A stretch of DNA of 64,000 nucleotides from Felis catus (lineage: Eukaryota), in NCBI RefSeq assembly GCF_018350175.1, contig NC_058383.1, forward strand, positions 6,078,001-6,142,000. Direction: 5' to 3'. Below the pieces are notes generated by a model. That model did not search any database. It worked only from the letters and a program-made list of their open reading frames with translations, and had not been told where the DNA came from. The stretch's first letter is position 1; every line of letters begins with the position of its first letter. Position numbers and translations under genes: made by a program. Shown here one piece after another: positions 36,892 through 48,876 of this stretch.

Positions 36892-37312
36892 GGGGCACCT
36901 GGGTGGCTCAGTCAGTTGAATGCTCAGCTCTCGATTTCAGCTCAGGTCATGATCCCAGGGTTGTGGGTTCAAGTCCTGAATCAGGCTCTGCACTGAGTGT
37001 GGAACTTGCTTGAGATTCTCTCCATCTCTCTCTTTCCCCCTCTCTCTCCCTCTGCCCCTCTACCCTGCTCACTCTGTCTCAAAAAGGAAAGGGGGGGGCC
37101 CTGGGTGGCTCAGTCGGTAAAGGGCCCGACTTTGGCTCAGGTCATGACCTCGTGGTTCTTGACTTTGAGCACCGCATCAGGCTCTGTGCTGACAGCTCAG
37201 AGCCTGGAGCCTGCTCCGGATTCTGTGTCTCCCTCTCTTTCTCTGCCCCTCCCCTGCTCATGCTCTCTCTCTCTCTCTCTCTCTCTCAAAAATAAATAAA
37301 TGTTAAAAAAAT
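36892..37312 (+). mobile_element. Two tandem Can-SINEs (36892-37085, ~37091-37312)
   Basis: Two tRNA-derived heads, each with a (CT)n segment. Confidence 0.92.
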
Positions 37313-37379
37313 TTTTCTTATAAAGCCCAAACCTCTTCTAGAAGAAAAGGAGCTTAGGAAGAAGCGGACTCGGAGGCGT

Positions 37380-37540
37380 GCAACTCAAAGTGTGGACCTT
37401 GGACCAGCAACATCAGCGGTGTCTCGAATCTTGTTAGAAACCTAGAATCCCAGGCCTTACTCGTGACCTCCCCGATGAAAGTCTGTGGCTTACCAAGACC
37501 TCTGGTGATTCTCAGGCACATCCAAGTTCAAGAAGCCCTG
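37380..37540. mobile_element. MER5A-like remnant
   Basis: 'ctcaaagtgtggacc...accagcaacatcagc...cttgttagaaa...ggtgattct...aagttcaagaagccctg'. Confidence 0.65.
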
Positions 37541-38008
37541 CAGGGACCGGAGGCGCTCACACTCGATGGGGCACCAGGACTCCCGCGGGCCTGTGGGGAC
37601 ACAGGTGGCTGCCCCTGGCAGGTGCGGACTCAGGTGGGAGTGGGGCCCAAGGCTCTGCGTTTCCAAGTCCCCTGAGCGCAGCCTTCCTCCCCACTCCGTC
37701 TAGCGTCTGCTCGGAGCCTCAAACCTGGCTGCATGTTGGAGTCACAGGGGGAGAAGGAGGGGGTGGAACCGGACCCGCCTCCACGAGACCCGCCTCAGAG
37801 TCCTGGTGGCTGTTTAAGGAAGACTGGTCAGCGCGACTGACCGGTCCCCGACGCCCCAGACAGCAGCTCCATCCACACCTGCCAGAGAACACAGAGGGGA
37901 TGCCCTGCTGCCTCAAGGCCCAACCCCCTCCCCGCCGCCCCCCCTGCACAGAAAAGAAAGGGACTCTGGCTGCCTGGCATATGCTTGGCTATTTGAGAAC
38001 ACACAAGC

Positions 38009-38014
38009 TTTATT
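38009..38014 (-). terminator. TMEM130: TMEM130 polyadenylation signal AATAAA (3' UTR ~37990-39136)
   Basis: TTTATT on + is AATAAA on -, the first one I found after the stop. U/GU-rich sequence follows on the minus strand. Confidence 0.75.
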
Positions 38015-38627
38015 CAGCAATAATGGCAGTATTTCATGAGAATGAGCTGGAAACAGCAGGAATGCTGTCGTCTGCACAAAGTCTGACAGCAAACATTACG
38101 GCAACGGGGTTTTGCCCCCACAGCCCTGGCCCTGCCCCAAACAGGGCCCACTTACTCCAGGCTCCTGCGCGGCTGTGCTGGGGCCTCATTGCGGCCTCTC
38201 TCTACACCTGCACCTGCCCTCTCCTCGTGCTCTCCCTCTGCGGGCCACTGCCCAGCCCCCTCGGGGTCCCTCCAGTCCTGCCTCCTCCTTCCCAAGGCCA
38301 CGCAAGAACACCGTCTCCCACAGTGAACCCACGTCCCCGCCGGCGTGCTCCTCCTTTGCTGTGAGGCCTCTTCCTCACTGGATGAAGGTGCTATTTTGAA
38401 AGCACTTTGCACTCACCAAGCGTTAGCCCTGCCCGCACCCAACCCAACAGCAAGCAGGCAGGAAACGGGCCCCGGGAGCCACAGGGACAGTGCACAAAGG
38501 GAGGGGCCGGGCCGAGGAGCTGTGGGGCCCAAATGAAAAAAGTCAGATCTCATTTTGGTTCGAATTCAGGACCCAGAGAACATAACTGATACCGAGGAAA
38601 TCATCTGAGACGCCTGTGTGACGCATG

Positions 38628-38651
38628 TTGTGTGTGTGTGTGTGTGTGTGT
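38628..38651. repeat. (TG)n/(CA)n microsatellite in the TMEM130 3' UTR
   Basis: Read directly. Confidence 0.9.
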
Positions 38652-39136
38652 GCGCGCACGCACGCGCTTGTCTCCGTACATACGACCTTTTGTGACGTAG
38701 CCTTAACCATTGGTGACCATCCACCTGGTTCTCTGACCTGGGCAGGGCCATCTGGGGGAGGGAAGCCCGAACCGCAGACGGACGGCCAAAGTGCCGACAT
38801 GGGAAGGATGGGTGAGGGGCAGCCAGGCACGCCTGGGAGAGAGGAGGGACCCCGTCGAGTGTTGGGGGTCCTGCTTGGGGATCTTCAAAGGCAAGGGGGT
38901 GGGGTGGGGCTGACTGAGAGGGGCTTACGGCAGAGGCTGGACTGTACAGATGGGCTGATGGCAGGGGTGTGGGGCTGAGGTGGGGGGGGCTCGTGGCGGC
39001 AGCTGGAATTACGGATGGATGGCCAGCAGGGTGGACAGCCCCGCGCACATGAACCCCTCTCCTCGGTGGCACGCGCCACCCTGTCTGAAGCGCCCAGTGG
39101 GCAGTCAGTTAGCGCTGAGACGGGACCGGGGGCTGC

Positions 39137-39325
39137 TCACACAGTGTAAGTTTTGACGGATTTGTAGAGGGGCGGCAGGAGCCCGTGGTTCTCGCGGACA
39201 ACTTCCAGGTACTCAGATGGAGTCTCCAGCAGGAAGGGCCCACAGCACATCTGGCAGCAGCACCTGACCCCAGCGGGCGGCTCCGGGTTCTTGTCAGACA
39301 TGGGGGAAAAGTCAAAATCAGCCAC
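39137..39325 (-). CDS. TMEM130: TMEM130 exon 8 (last coding; [17 protein letters not shown]...KSVKTYTV*); alternative acceptor at 39289
   Basis: Acceptor ccatag|GTG, phase 0, TGA at 39139-39137. Peptide matches the TMEM130 C-terminus. 189 nt. Confidence 0.96.
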   Translation of the reverse strand: MADFDFSPMSDKNPEPPAGVRCCCQMCCGPFLLETPSEYLEVVRENHGLLPPLYKSVKTYTV

Positions 39326-39685
39326 CTATGGTGAACAAAACCCCATGGGTCAATCACCCGCCTGCCGGACCCCCTTCAGGTGGCCTTATGAGCTCAGCTG
39401 CCTGGAGACACACAGTGCTTTCCCTGTGCCTTTGGCTTTTCTGCTCTCTGGGCCTCCCCGTGGTGGCTGCCCTCTCCCTTACCAGGGGCACAGCTGCTAG
39501 GCAAGGGGTGAGCACGGGAGTTAAGTCACATGGGAAAGAGCCAACTCAACTTGGCCCAGTCGGTGAGCGCCTCTTGGGCACATCCTCCCCAGCCCCAGGA
39601 CCTCACTCTGACATCCAGACACCCTCTGGGTCCCGTTCTCCAGTCAGAGCCTGGTGACCCGGCCTCCACCCCCCTGAATACCCAC

Positions 39686-39798
39686 CTCCACCATGTCCTT
39701 CTGATGAGCGGCATTCCGCAAGGTCATGTACATGATGAAGGCCAGCATCATGGTGATAAGTGTGGCACACGGGAAAGCAAAGACAGCCGGCTGGATGC
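39686..39798 (-). CDS. TMEM130: TMEM130 exon 7 (transmembrane helix [26 protein letters not shown])
   Basis: cccag|GC...GAG|gtgggt, 113 nt, phase 1 to 0. Confidence 0.96.
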
Positions 39799-39992
39799 CT
39801 GGGAGTGAGAGAGGATGAGGTCATGGGTCTGGGTAGTTGGTGGAGAAGGCTCACTCTCAGACCACAATGGGGCATAGGACAGCCAAACCCCACAGGAGCT
39901 ATCTTTTCCTTATGTACATGCATTGAGAATCTCATCTAGGATTCTACAAAAACCAAGTTGGGGTGTGTGAGGGCGTTAAAATGTGTCCACAT

Positions 39993-40641
39993 GGGGCACC
40001 AGGGTGGCTCAATCCGTTAAGCATCCAACTCTTCATTTTGGCTCAGGTCATGATCCCATGGTTCCTGAGTTCCAGCCCTATATAGGGCTCTGTGCTGACA
40101 GGGCGGAGCCTGCTCGGGATTCTTTCTCCTTCTCTTCCTGCCCATCCCCCACTCACACACGCATGTGCACACACATGTGCTCTCTCAAAATAAGTAAATA
40201 AACTCTGGGGCACCTGCGTGGCTCAGTCGGTTAAGCGTCTGACTTTGGCTCAGGTCACGATCTCACGGTTTGTGAGTTCGAGCCCCGTGTCAGGCTCTGT
40301 GCTGACAGCTCAGAGCCTGGAGCCTGCTTGAGATTCTATGTCTCCCTCTCTTTGCCCCTCCCATGCTCCTGCTCTGTCTCTCAATAATAAATACACGTTA
40401 AAAATCTTTTTTAATAAATAAAAAATAAATAAACTTTATTTTTTTAAAAGTTTATTTATTTCGAGAGAGACAGAGACAGCGTGAGTTGGGGAGGAGCAGA
40501 AAGAGACAGAAAATCCCAAGCAGGTTCCGTGCTGCCAACGCAGAGCCTGAAGCGGGGCTCGAACCCACAAAGCCGTGAGATCGTGACCTGAGCTGAAACC
40601 AAGAGCCTGATGCTTAATCAACTGAGCCACTCAGGTGCCCC
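39993..40641. mobile_element. Stack of three Can-SINEs (39993-40203 +, 40207-40435 +, 40439-40641 -)
   Basis: TSD AATAAATAAACTTTA at 40424-40438 and 40642-40656. Outer near-TSD at 39978-39992 and 40669-40683. Confidence 0.92.
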
Positions 40642-40684
40642 AATAAATAAACTTTAAAAAATAAAAATAACACGTGTCTACATA

Positions 40685-40885
40685 TTACTTGACAGTCACT
40701 TTCAAGAGGTGTACCCTGAGTGTGGGCTGGACTCAATGGCTTGCTCCTACCGAACAGCACAGGACAGGAATGACGACTTCCCAGTCCAGGCCATAAAAGA
40801 CACCGCAGCTGCCTCCTTGCTCTCTTGGGTGATGTGCACTGGGGATGGGAAGCCATGCTGTGAGGACACTCAAGCAGCCTCGTGA
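40685..40885. mobile_element. MLT1F/G-like LTR fragment
   Basis: 'gagtgtgggctggactc...ggccataaaagacaccgcagc...gccatgctgtgaggacactcaagcagcc'. Confidence 0.55.
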
Positions 40886-42264
40886 CCTGTTGTTGCCTTC
40901 TCCCCTCCACCAGCCCTGGGCTCACTCACTGACCCTCCTGTCAGGAAACTGCACCGGGGAGCAGGGACAACCCAGTGTCTGCAGTTAGGCGGTCCTGGGT
41001 TCGAACCCCAGCTCTGACCAAGCTCTCTGACGCTAACACTGACTCATGAGGCTGCTTCGGGGATGCCACGAGGTGAGGAGCATGAATGTGTCAGGTGCAC
41101 GGCAGGTGATCAGCAAGTATGGGTTCCCCTCACTCCTCCCCGACCCTGCCCCTTGGTATAGATGCCACAGTAAGGCATGAGGCTGTGCTTTCCAAGAAAA
41201 GGCAGCACTGATTACCCAGAATGCTATCTTCTCTGCACAATTCAGGGGGAGCCCAGGCACTCCATGCCCAGGAGATCTGGGGGAGGCAGGGCCCAAGACC
41301 TCTGACGATGGCCACAGGTCACAGAGTCTCTCCACAAGGCCAGCCAGGGCCCAGAGTGGAGCATGGCATCTGCCCAATGGCTCAGACAGGGAGTGGGGAG
41401 ACTGGAGGGGACAGTGGCAGCATCCGGGGCACTTGCCGGGCTGACCGTGGGGGCAAGTGCGGCTGGCAAGGTTTTTTGTGTACCCTAGAGCCTGGGACCT
41501 GGGTGGGCACCTGAAAGATCCTTCCTCAGGGTTCTGGCATCCACTTTCTCCTGTCTGTAAGGAAGTGCTTTTCTGGGGTCACGGAAGAGCCCCCCTGGAA
41601 AAGAAGGGTAGAACTTCACGCCGCCATCGGCCAATCCTGTGACTATAAGCCGGTGGCCGGGCCTGATATGACTCGGAGAAGAGCATTCGTTGCAGGGGAG
41701 ACGGCCAGGGATCCTTACAAATGACAGGAACCTTTGTGAGTAGCTTCCGCTCCCCGGAAGACCCACAACATCCTGAGGGTCTGCAGCTACCACTGGGGAC
41801 GCTGGTTTTAATGGTGGCAACAGCGGCAGGATCGGGGAGATGGCGGAGGAGGGAGGCTCTTGATCGTGGTGGCGTATTTAGGGGAGCAGCATTCATGATG
41901 GGGACAGCGTGGCATTGGTAACATGTGGGAAGGACACGGTGGCGGGAGTGATGGAGGCAAGAGAGAGCCAAAGCCAGGTTGATGCTGGGCAGCATGGATC
42001 AATGGCACGTGGTCCAGACGGTGGGCATCCCAACTGGTGTGGGGGAGGGGAGGGCACTGCCGGCAGCAGCGAGGGTGGTGGTGGTCGAACCGCAGGGTGC
42101 TCTGGCCCTGGTCGTTTGGGGGAGGTACAGGCACGGGCCAGGAGGTTCAGCGATGACTGTCATGTTGGTGGGTCAGCTGGAGGGAGCATACTGGTGGCGG
42201 TGACAGGCTTGACTGTGTGTTGCGGCCTGTGTGGCACGGGAGCAGAGGATGAGGGGTCACTTAC

Positions 42265-42467
42265 TGGAAGGCCACACCTGGATCCTGTGGTACTGATGCG
42301 TCTTGCTGATGACATTCTCGGCCCGGATGCTGAAGCAGTAGTCCCCGGGATCCCTGAAGGTGTGGGTCAGGTTGTAAGCCGTGCTGGCCACGGACACCGG
42401 GTGGCATTCCCCTTCTTCCAGCGGGAGGCACTCGGGCTTGAGACGCCAGCACACAGTCAGGGGAGGG
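42265..42467 (-). CDS. TMEM130: TMEM130 exon 6 ([22 protein letters not shown]...HRIQVWPS)
   Basis: ccacag|C...TCCA|gtaagt, 203 nt, phase 2 to 1. Confidence 0.97.
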
Positions 42468-42510
42468 CTGTGGGGAAATGGGGGTGTCTTTTCAGAAATG
42501 GCTCCGCAAA

Positions 42511-42698
42511 GGGGCGCCTGGGTGGCTCAGTCGACTTTTGGTTCGCGTTCAGGTCATGATCTCGTGGTTCATGGGTTCGAGCCCCACGTCAGGCTCTGCG
42601 CTGACAGTGCGGAGCCCGCTCGGGATTCTCTCTCTCTCTCCCTCTCTCTCTCTTTCTCTCCCCCACCCCCCAAAATAAATAAAATAAAAACTTAAAAA
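42511..42698 (+). mobile_element. Can-SINE next to the exon 6 acceptor
   Basis: 'ggggcgcctgggtggctcagtcg...aaaataaataaaataaaa'. atggctc(c/a)gcaa occurs on both flanks. Confidence 0.93.
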
Positions 42699-43614
42699 TA
42701 TGGCTCAGCAAGGAATGGGAGCACAGACCAAGTCTGAGAAAGGCCAGGTAGCCGTGAACTTCAGTGTACTTTTCAGGACAGAACACCCAGCTGTCCTCTA
42801 GGTGGTCCTTCCTTTTTACACCTTCCAGACAAGGGAACACAAGGGAACCTGTACATCTTATGTACAGGTACAGAAGATGGTCCCAGAGCCCAAGAGGATG
42901 CCAGGCTTAGTGAAGCAAACGGGGCAGGCTGGTAAAACACCCCCGCGCCCCCTCAACCATCACATCTGCCAAGCCCGAGTAGCTCCCACCCCATTCTTCA
43001 AGTACCAAGCCCCGGCCCCCAAAGCTCCCGGGAAGCTCCAAAGACCAACTCCAGCCCCATGGCGCATCTTCCTCGTTCCTTGGTCACTTTGCTTGCTCCC
43101 CATCTAGACCTGCTTCCCGCCGTCATGTCCCTGGGTTAAGGGACAAGGGTCCTCAGAGGGCTGGGCCCCGGCCGCTGACCTCCACAGCTCCGTCCACCCT
43201 TGTGCAGAGAACATGTCCAGCTTCTCTGTCGCTTACTACAAACTCGGCCCGAGGCTGTTCTTGCTGATGGCCAGGCCAGTTCCTTCCCCGGGACGGTCTG
43301 TTTTCCAGGGCCATGGAAGCAGACCGAAGCCACATACAGAGGGCTTTTCACACGGCTGCTTCCACACCTGCCTTTGCCTCAACACCCACACTGCAGACCT
43401 GTGCTCCCTCCTAAAGGGCCCGTGCTCCCTCCCCAGGACCTCGGGTGTGGAGCCCTGCCCACAGCTCCCCCATGGCTGCAGGGCAAGGTGGCATAAGCCT
43501 TCCCTGGCCCCTAAACCTGGGGCCCCTCAGGAGATGGAGCAGGCTCAGGGTCAGCCATGGGAGAGTATAGGCAGGGCAATGCATCACCCGCTGTCCACCA
43601 TGAGGTTCACTCAC

Positions 43615-43699
43615 CTCCCCAGGAAATTCAAGGTCACTGTCATCTTTTGGAAGGTCTGAATTAGCGTGGGCCCCAAGACCTGGATGCCTCGAAGGGTTT
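43615..43699 (-). CDS. TMEM130: TMEM130 exon 5 ([28 protein letters not shown])
   Basis: ctttcag|AA...AG|gtgagt, 85 nt, phase 1 to 2. Confidence 0.97.
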
Positions 43700-44327
43700 C
43701 TGAAAGGCAGAGAGGGGCCCCGTTAGACCCGGAGACTGAGGACAGCTGTCTCAGCGCTCCCCCAGCTCGGGGCCGTGTGACCACCGCCTTGTCCTCCCCC
43801 AGGCTCTCCCTTCCAAGGGCAGGTGGGAGGTCTGTCCCGGGCGTGCTTGGGTCCTGCCTCCCCAACAGCAGCAGGTTCCAGAGCCCGCTCAGAGTGAGGA
43901 CACTGGAGGAAGCAGGCGGAGCTCTGGGAACCAGGACCAAGGGCTGGCTCGGTGTAAGTGCCCCTCCCCCATCGCCTGGGCACCGTGGGGAAAGCACCGG
44001 GCCCATTAGCCTGCCCGGCAGCACACGGAGAAATCTGCCACAGGGGCCCAAGCGCCCCCTCTTGCCAGAGTCGGGGAGAGGAGGGTTGGGGTCTGGTGGC
44101 CACGTGACGTCCTCTGTGGCCTTCAGTGCCCTCTTCGAAGCGGGGATGATGACAGGCCATGCAGAGGGGATGCCAGGGGAACAAGAACAGGGGGTGCGCA
44201 GCCAAGCCCAATCCGGGGCCCGACCAGAGCCCCTCTGATCTGCCCCTGATCCAACCTTGGAAGGAGTGGTGCCCAGGGCTGCCCAAGGGGCCACGTGCTC
44301 AACCTGCACCAGCCCCCAGGGACCCAC

Positions 44328-44494
44328 CCTGCAGCTTCAGGGAGGCAGAGAAGTCTCCTGTCTTCTGCACGATGCCCTTCCCGGCATCCTGCGTTGCCTG
44401 TTCCCACTCTGCCACCACCTTGAGCTTCACAGTGAAGGTCCCAATGATCGAATAGTTGTAGTAGACCACTGCGTCTTCAGTCACCATCTGGGTG
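44328..44494 (-). CDS. TMEM130: TMEM130 exon 4 ([24 protein letters not shown]...SLKLQ)
   Basis: ttacag|C...CAGG|gtgggt, 167 nt, phase 2 to 1. Second half of the PKD domain. Confidence 0.97.
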
Positions 44495-44999
44495 CTGTAA
44501 GGTGGCAGGAGGGAGACAACGGAAGTGACTCACGTGACCTCTCAGAGTCGGGGGTGGGTGTCTGCGGGGTGACAAGCTCAGCCCCCAATGCCTTGTGAGA
44601 AAACCACTGGTCATTACAGCAGCAGCCCCCAGAGCCACCAGGACGCAAGGTCAGCTGTGCTTGGGTCAAGTGGCTGCCTGTCATCCTCGTGCTTGTAAGT
44701 GACAGGTAGGAGAACTCCCAGCAACAAGTGCCTGTCACCTGCCAGGAAGTGCTCTGCCCCCTTCAGCCAGGAATCTAAAAGAGGCCCTGCATTAGAGACA
44801 AGGACAATCCTGGGAGGGAAAAAATATGAACTTTGGAGTTAAGACATATTTGGCTTTAAATCTCAATTCTAGATGTCTTATGTATAGAACTGTAAGCCTT
44901 ACTTTTCTCATTGTAATAGAGAATCATACCTCCATATAAAGTATATAAATTCCTGCAATTACCTGAATTACTTCAAAAGGAAGTCTAATAACAATAAAG

Positions 45000-46470
45000 A
45001 AAATCTTTGTGTTGATTTCTCAATGCTCTTTATATATGAAGTTTAACAAACCTTTACCTATTTTCCAAATATTGTCTCCCAGTTTAACCTTGTCTTTTGG
45101 TTTGATTTCCTTCTTTCATACTCAGATATTAAATCTAGCGATGCCAAATCTTGCATTTTTTTCCTTTATAGTGTCTGCCTGTTTTTATTCTTACAAAATG
45201 CTTTCCCCACTGCCAAGTCATCCAATTGCAGGGGATCATCTACACTTCAATGTAGTCCTGGCTCATTATGTGTACTTTGTAATCTATCTGGAATTGCTCT
45301 TGTTAAGGATCAGATTGTTTTTCTTCTAAATAGTTAACCCCCTGTCCTAGTACCATTTATTAAATCAGTAATATGTCTTTACTCACTGGCTAGAAATACC
45401 ACTGTTATCATATACTAGATGTGCATTTAAACTTCGATTTGTGTCTGCCTTTTCCATTCTGCTCTACTGAACACACTTTTGCGATTTGTAGTTTTTAAAA
45501 TACATTTATGTATTTCTAATTCTTCTCCCCAACCCCATTCATCATTATGCTGCTTTGATGATCTTTTTTTTCCTTCTGACAATATTCAGAAATTCTCTCT
45601 TAAAAGTCTTTTTGAGGTTCTAGGTATAATCTGTGGTTTTATCCACATAAATCCTACCATTTTAGGCTAAGTTCATTCTCTCAGCTTTTACAGTTTATAA
45701 CTATTGTGAGAGATTTTTTCCATTGCCATCATATGGAAAGGCTATGATTTTTGTTTTGTAAGCACCCATATTACTAAAATCTCTTTTTAGTTCTAAGATT
45801 TTTTTAGTTGGGTCTCTTGTGTTTTCTAGGCCATCTGTGTGTGATGTTTTTGTCTCCTGCTTTACAATATTTATATCTCATTTCTTTTTCTTGCTTTATT
45901 TCATTGGCTAGTAAGAATGTTCAAATATAGTAACAATAGTAAATAAAGCATTTAATATTAAAAGAAATGCCCCTAATTAATATAGATGCTGTCCCCTGGT
46001 TTGAGACAGATGTTCTAGATGTCCTTTATGTTCTAAAACCACATATGTTTATAACCATATATGTTTTTATATACATACACACATATAGATACATTTGTGT
46101 ATACGAATATATGTACGTGTGTGTATATGTGTGTATTTACGTGCCAAATTTAGATGCACTGTAGAAGCTTTGTCACATTCCAGAAATTATACTTATTGGA
46201 ATATTTATTGGATTTGCATCAAGCTTACAGGATAACTGGAAGGAAATGGGCATCTTTACAATATTAAGATTCAGCATCCTGGTCCTGGACATGATGTACA
46301 TACGCATCTACTCAAATCTTTGATACCTCTTGGCACCCTATTGTTTTCTTCACACGGGATTTTGCCCATTTCCAGGTAAGTGTGTTCCTGTGTTTGTTTT
46401 ATGAACTATTTTTGCTATAATTAGGAGGAGTCCCCACTTTGCTCTCTAATTTATTACTGTACATAAGAAA
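45000..46470 (-). mobile_element. Old L1 (L1ME-like) remnants
   Basis: AT-rich decayed L1 ORF2-like sequence ('gtcctagtaccatttattaaat', 'ttggatttgcatcaagcttacaggataactgga...catctttacaatattaag'). Confidence 0.6.
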
Positions 46471-47168
46471 GCATGCTGGGCCTCTAAGTCTCGTGGGGGC
46501 GAGGAGTGGTGCGTGAGAAAGATTACTAAGCCTTCGATGAACTTGGAAAATTGGTCTGTTTCTCTGCCAGACTGAGAAATATCATAAGGAATGCCAAGAA
46601 GTGAAAGGCGGAAAAATATGGGATAGAGTGGGAAGGACCATCAGCCCGGGACTTGACGGGACCTAAGTGGAGTGAGGGGTCTCCACGGGGCACTCACCCT
46701 CACATGAGCTCAGGGTATCTGGGGGCTGGCTGCTGGAGCTCAGTGCTTGACCCACTTCCTGACCTGCCTCCTCCAGCCTGGCTTGTTTGGAGAGGAGAAG
46801 TCAGGAGAAATGAAGCTATAACACCCGAGTTCTAACACATGGGCATAATCTCACATGCCATCACCCAGGTACGTCCTTCCGGAGTCAAATGGAGAAAAAT
46901 TCTACTCTGACCTTTCTTAAAAGGCTGTCTGGGGGCACCAATGACCTCCTCTACTAGGTTGCAGGCACCTAGAAGGCAGGTCCTGTGACTAACTCACCAC
47001 TGGTCCCCACACACCCCGAGCTTGATACAGAGCAGGTGTTGAAGGAATGTTTGGAGACAGAGAGAGAATGGGCAGGTGAAAGTCAGAGAGTACAGAGCAC
47101 TCTGCATGGGACAATGGGGCCACCACCCATAGGCCAAAGCTTGGGGGCATCAAGAGGGAAGAGCATAC

Positions 47169-47328
47169 CCATCTCCGAAGTCCCAGTTGTAGAGAAATGA
47201 GGCAGTCTTGAAGAAGTTGCTCGGGTCATGGAGGAGGAAGGAAACTTTAAGGACTGTCTTGGTGAGGTAAGAGCTGGGCCAGGGCAGGGAGGTGTTCTGG
47301 GAGACAACGAGGTTCCCCACGAGGAGCT
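47169..47328 (-). CDS. TMEM130: TMEM130 exon 3 ([21 protein letters not shown]...YNWDFGDG)
   Basis: ctcccag|AG...GG|gtatgc, 160 nt, phase 1 to 2. Contains the PKD signature WDFGDG. Confidence 0.97.
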
Positions 47329-47908
47329 CTGGGAGAGAGACCGAAGGTGGGTGAGTCCACCAAGGGAAGGGGAAGGCGGAGCCAGGGAGTGACCTCACAT
47401 GCTAACTGGCAGGACAGCCTCTCCCCGCCCTGCCCTTCTAGCTGTCAGGGCTGGGTGGTGGCGGGAGAGGACGCTGCGGGTCCCTGAACACAGAGGCGCA
47501 CGCCCCCCACATCATTGCCCCTGCTGCACGGACACTGGTGCAGACTCATGGCACACATCACATGCTCAGCGTTGCTCCTGCACCCCTTTCGCCAGGATCC
47601 TGAACTTTCTTAGCACAAAAGATGCCCAGGACCAGAAGGAAACGCATAGGCTTTGAAAGAAGTTTTTGAGAGATATTTCGAATTATTAGAGTCTAGAAAA
47701 AAAATGAGCATGTCTACTGATCGGCTCTGTACCCAGTGTGCTGTGCTGGGCTGGGTAAGGACCACCGTTCTGTGTCTCCGTCTGTAAAAAAACAATTTAG
47801 GTGCTCATTTTTTTTCAACCCAAAAGCAGAAAGGAAGGCGTGCCTGATAAAGCTCATTTGGAAAATGCAGAAAAGTAGAATGAAAACAAAAGAGACTGCC
47901 TATCATTA

Positions 47909-48071
47909 GGGCACCTGGGTGGCTCAGTTGGTTAAGTCTCCGACTTGGGCTTAGGTCATGATCTCACAGTTCGTGAGACAATCAAGCCTCACATTGGGAT
48001 CTCTGCTGTCAGTGCAGAGCCTGCTTCGGATCCTGTCTCTGTCTCTCTCTGTCCCTCCCCCGCTGGTGCAA

Positions 48072-48112
<41 letters not shown>

Positions 48113-48141
48113 AATATAAACATTTAAGTATAAAATAAAAC
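47909..48141 (+). mobile_element. Can-SINE within an L1 3' remnant (~47800-48770)
   Basis: TSD-like aaga(g/a)actgcctatcatt on both flanks. Confidence 0.9.
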
Positions 48142-48876
48142 AAGAAACTGCCTATCATTCAAACACAACTATTGTTGATGTTTTGAAGAACTGCAAAGCA
48201 TTTGTGCCTACGTTAATAGCTGGGGTATTACGTACACATGCATATATTAAACAGTTGATCAAATTGGCTATAGAAGTTTGCGCTTTGCTTTTTAAAATCT
48301 AATACTCACGAGTATTCCCCAGAACATTATCAGCTGTTTGGAAAGATCATTGTTATTCGTTATACAAATTATATCCATATACTCAGCTAGTTCCCTTACG
48401 GCTGTACGCTTAGTTTGGCTAATGTTTTCTTCCATTATTAGATATTACACACACCCTTGCCAGGAACATTTTTGGGCACAAAGCATTACCCAAATGGAAA
48501 TGCATTTCCTGAAGACAAATATACTCCAAGAGAGCAGGGCCTTTTTGGAAGGAGAGAGCAGTGGTGGGGTAGGAAGGTGGGAGGAATGAGAACGGACGGA
48601 CCAAAAGCTGAAATAGTGCATAACCATTGATACATACGAATCAGCCGCTCTCCAGAGGGCTGTGTTAATGTATATACCCCTAGGAGCAACATATGCTTTC
48701 AGTGTCCCTTGCAGCACAACCCTGCCAGCAGTGGGTATGGCCATTTTCTGATCCTCTGTTAACAAACACAGAAGGGACCATGAGTCTACTTTGGGTTTAA
48801 ATGATTACTGACCAGGCTGGATGTTTTCCTCTGCCCCAAGTTTGAAGGCAAAGCAGCAAACAGAAAAGTTCCTCAC

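Noticed and set aside
39021..39045. RE1-like CCAGCAGGGTGGACAGCCCC in the TMEM130 3' UTR
   Set aside because: The conserved CC of the left half-site is GG, so only a half-site remains.
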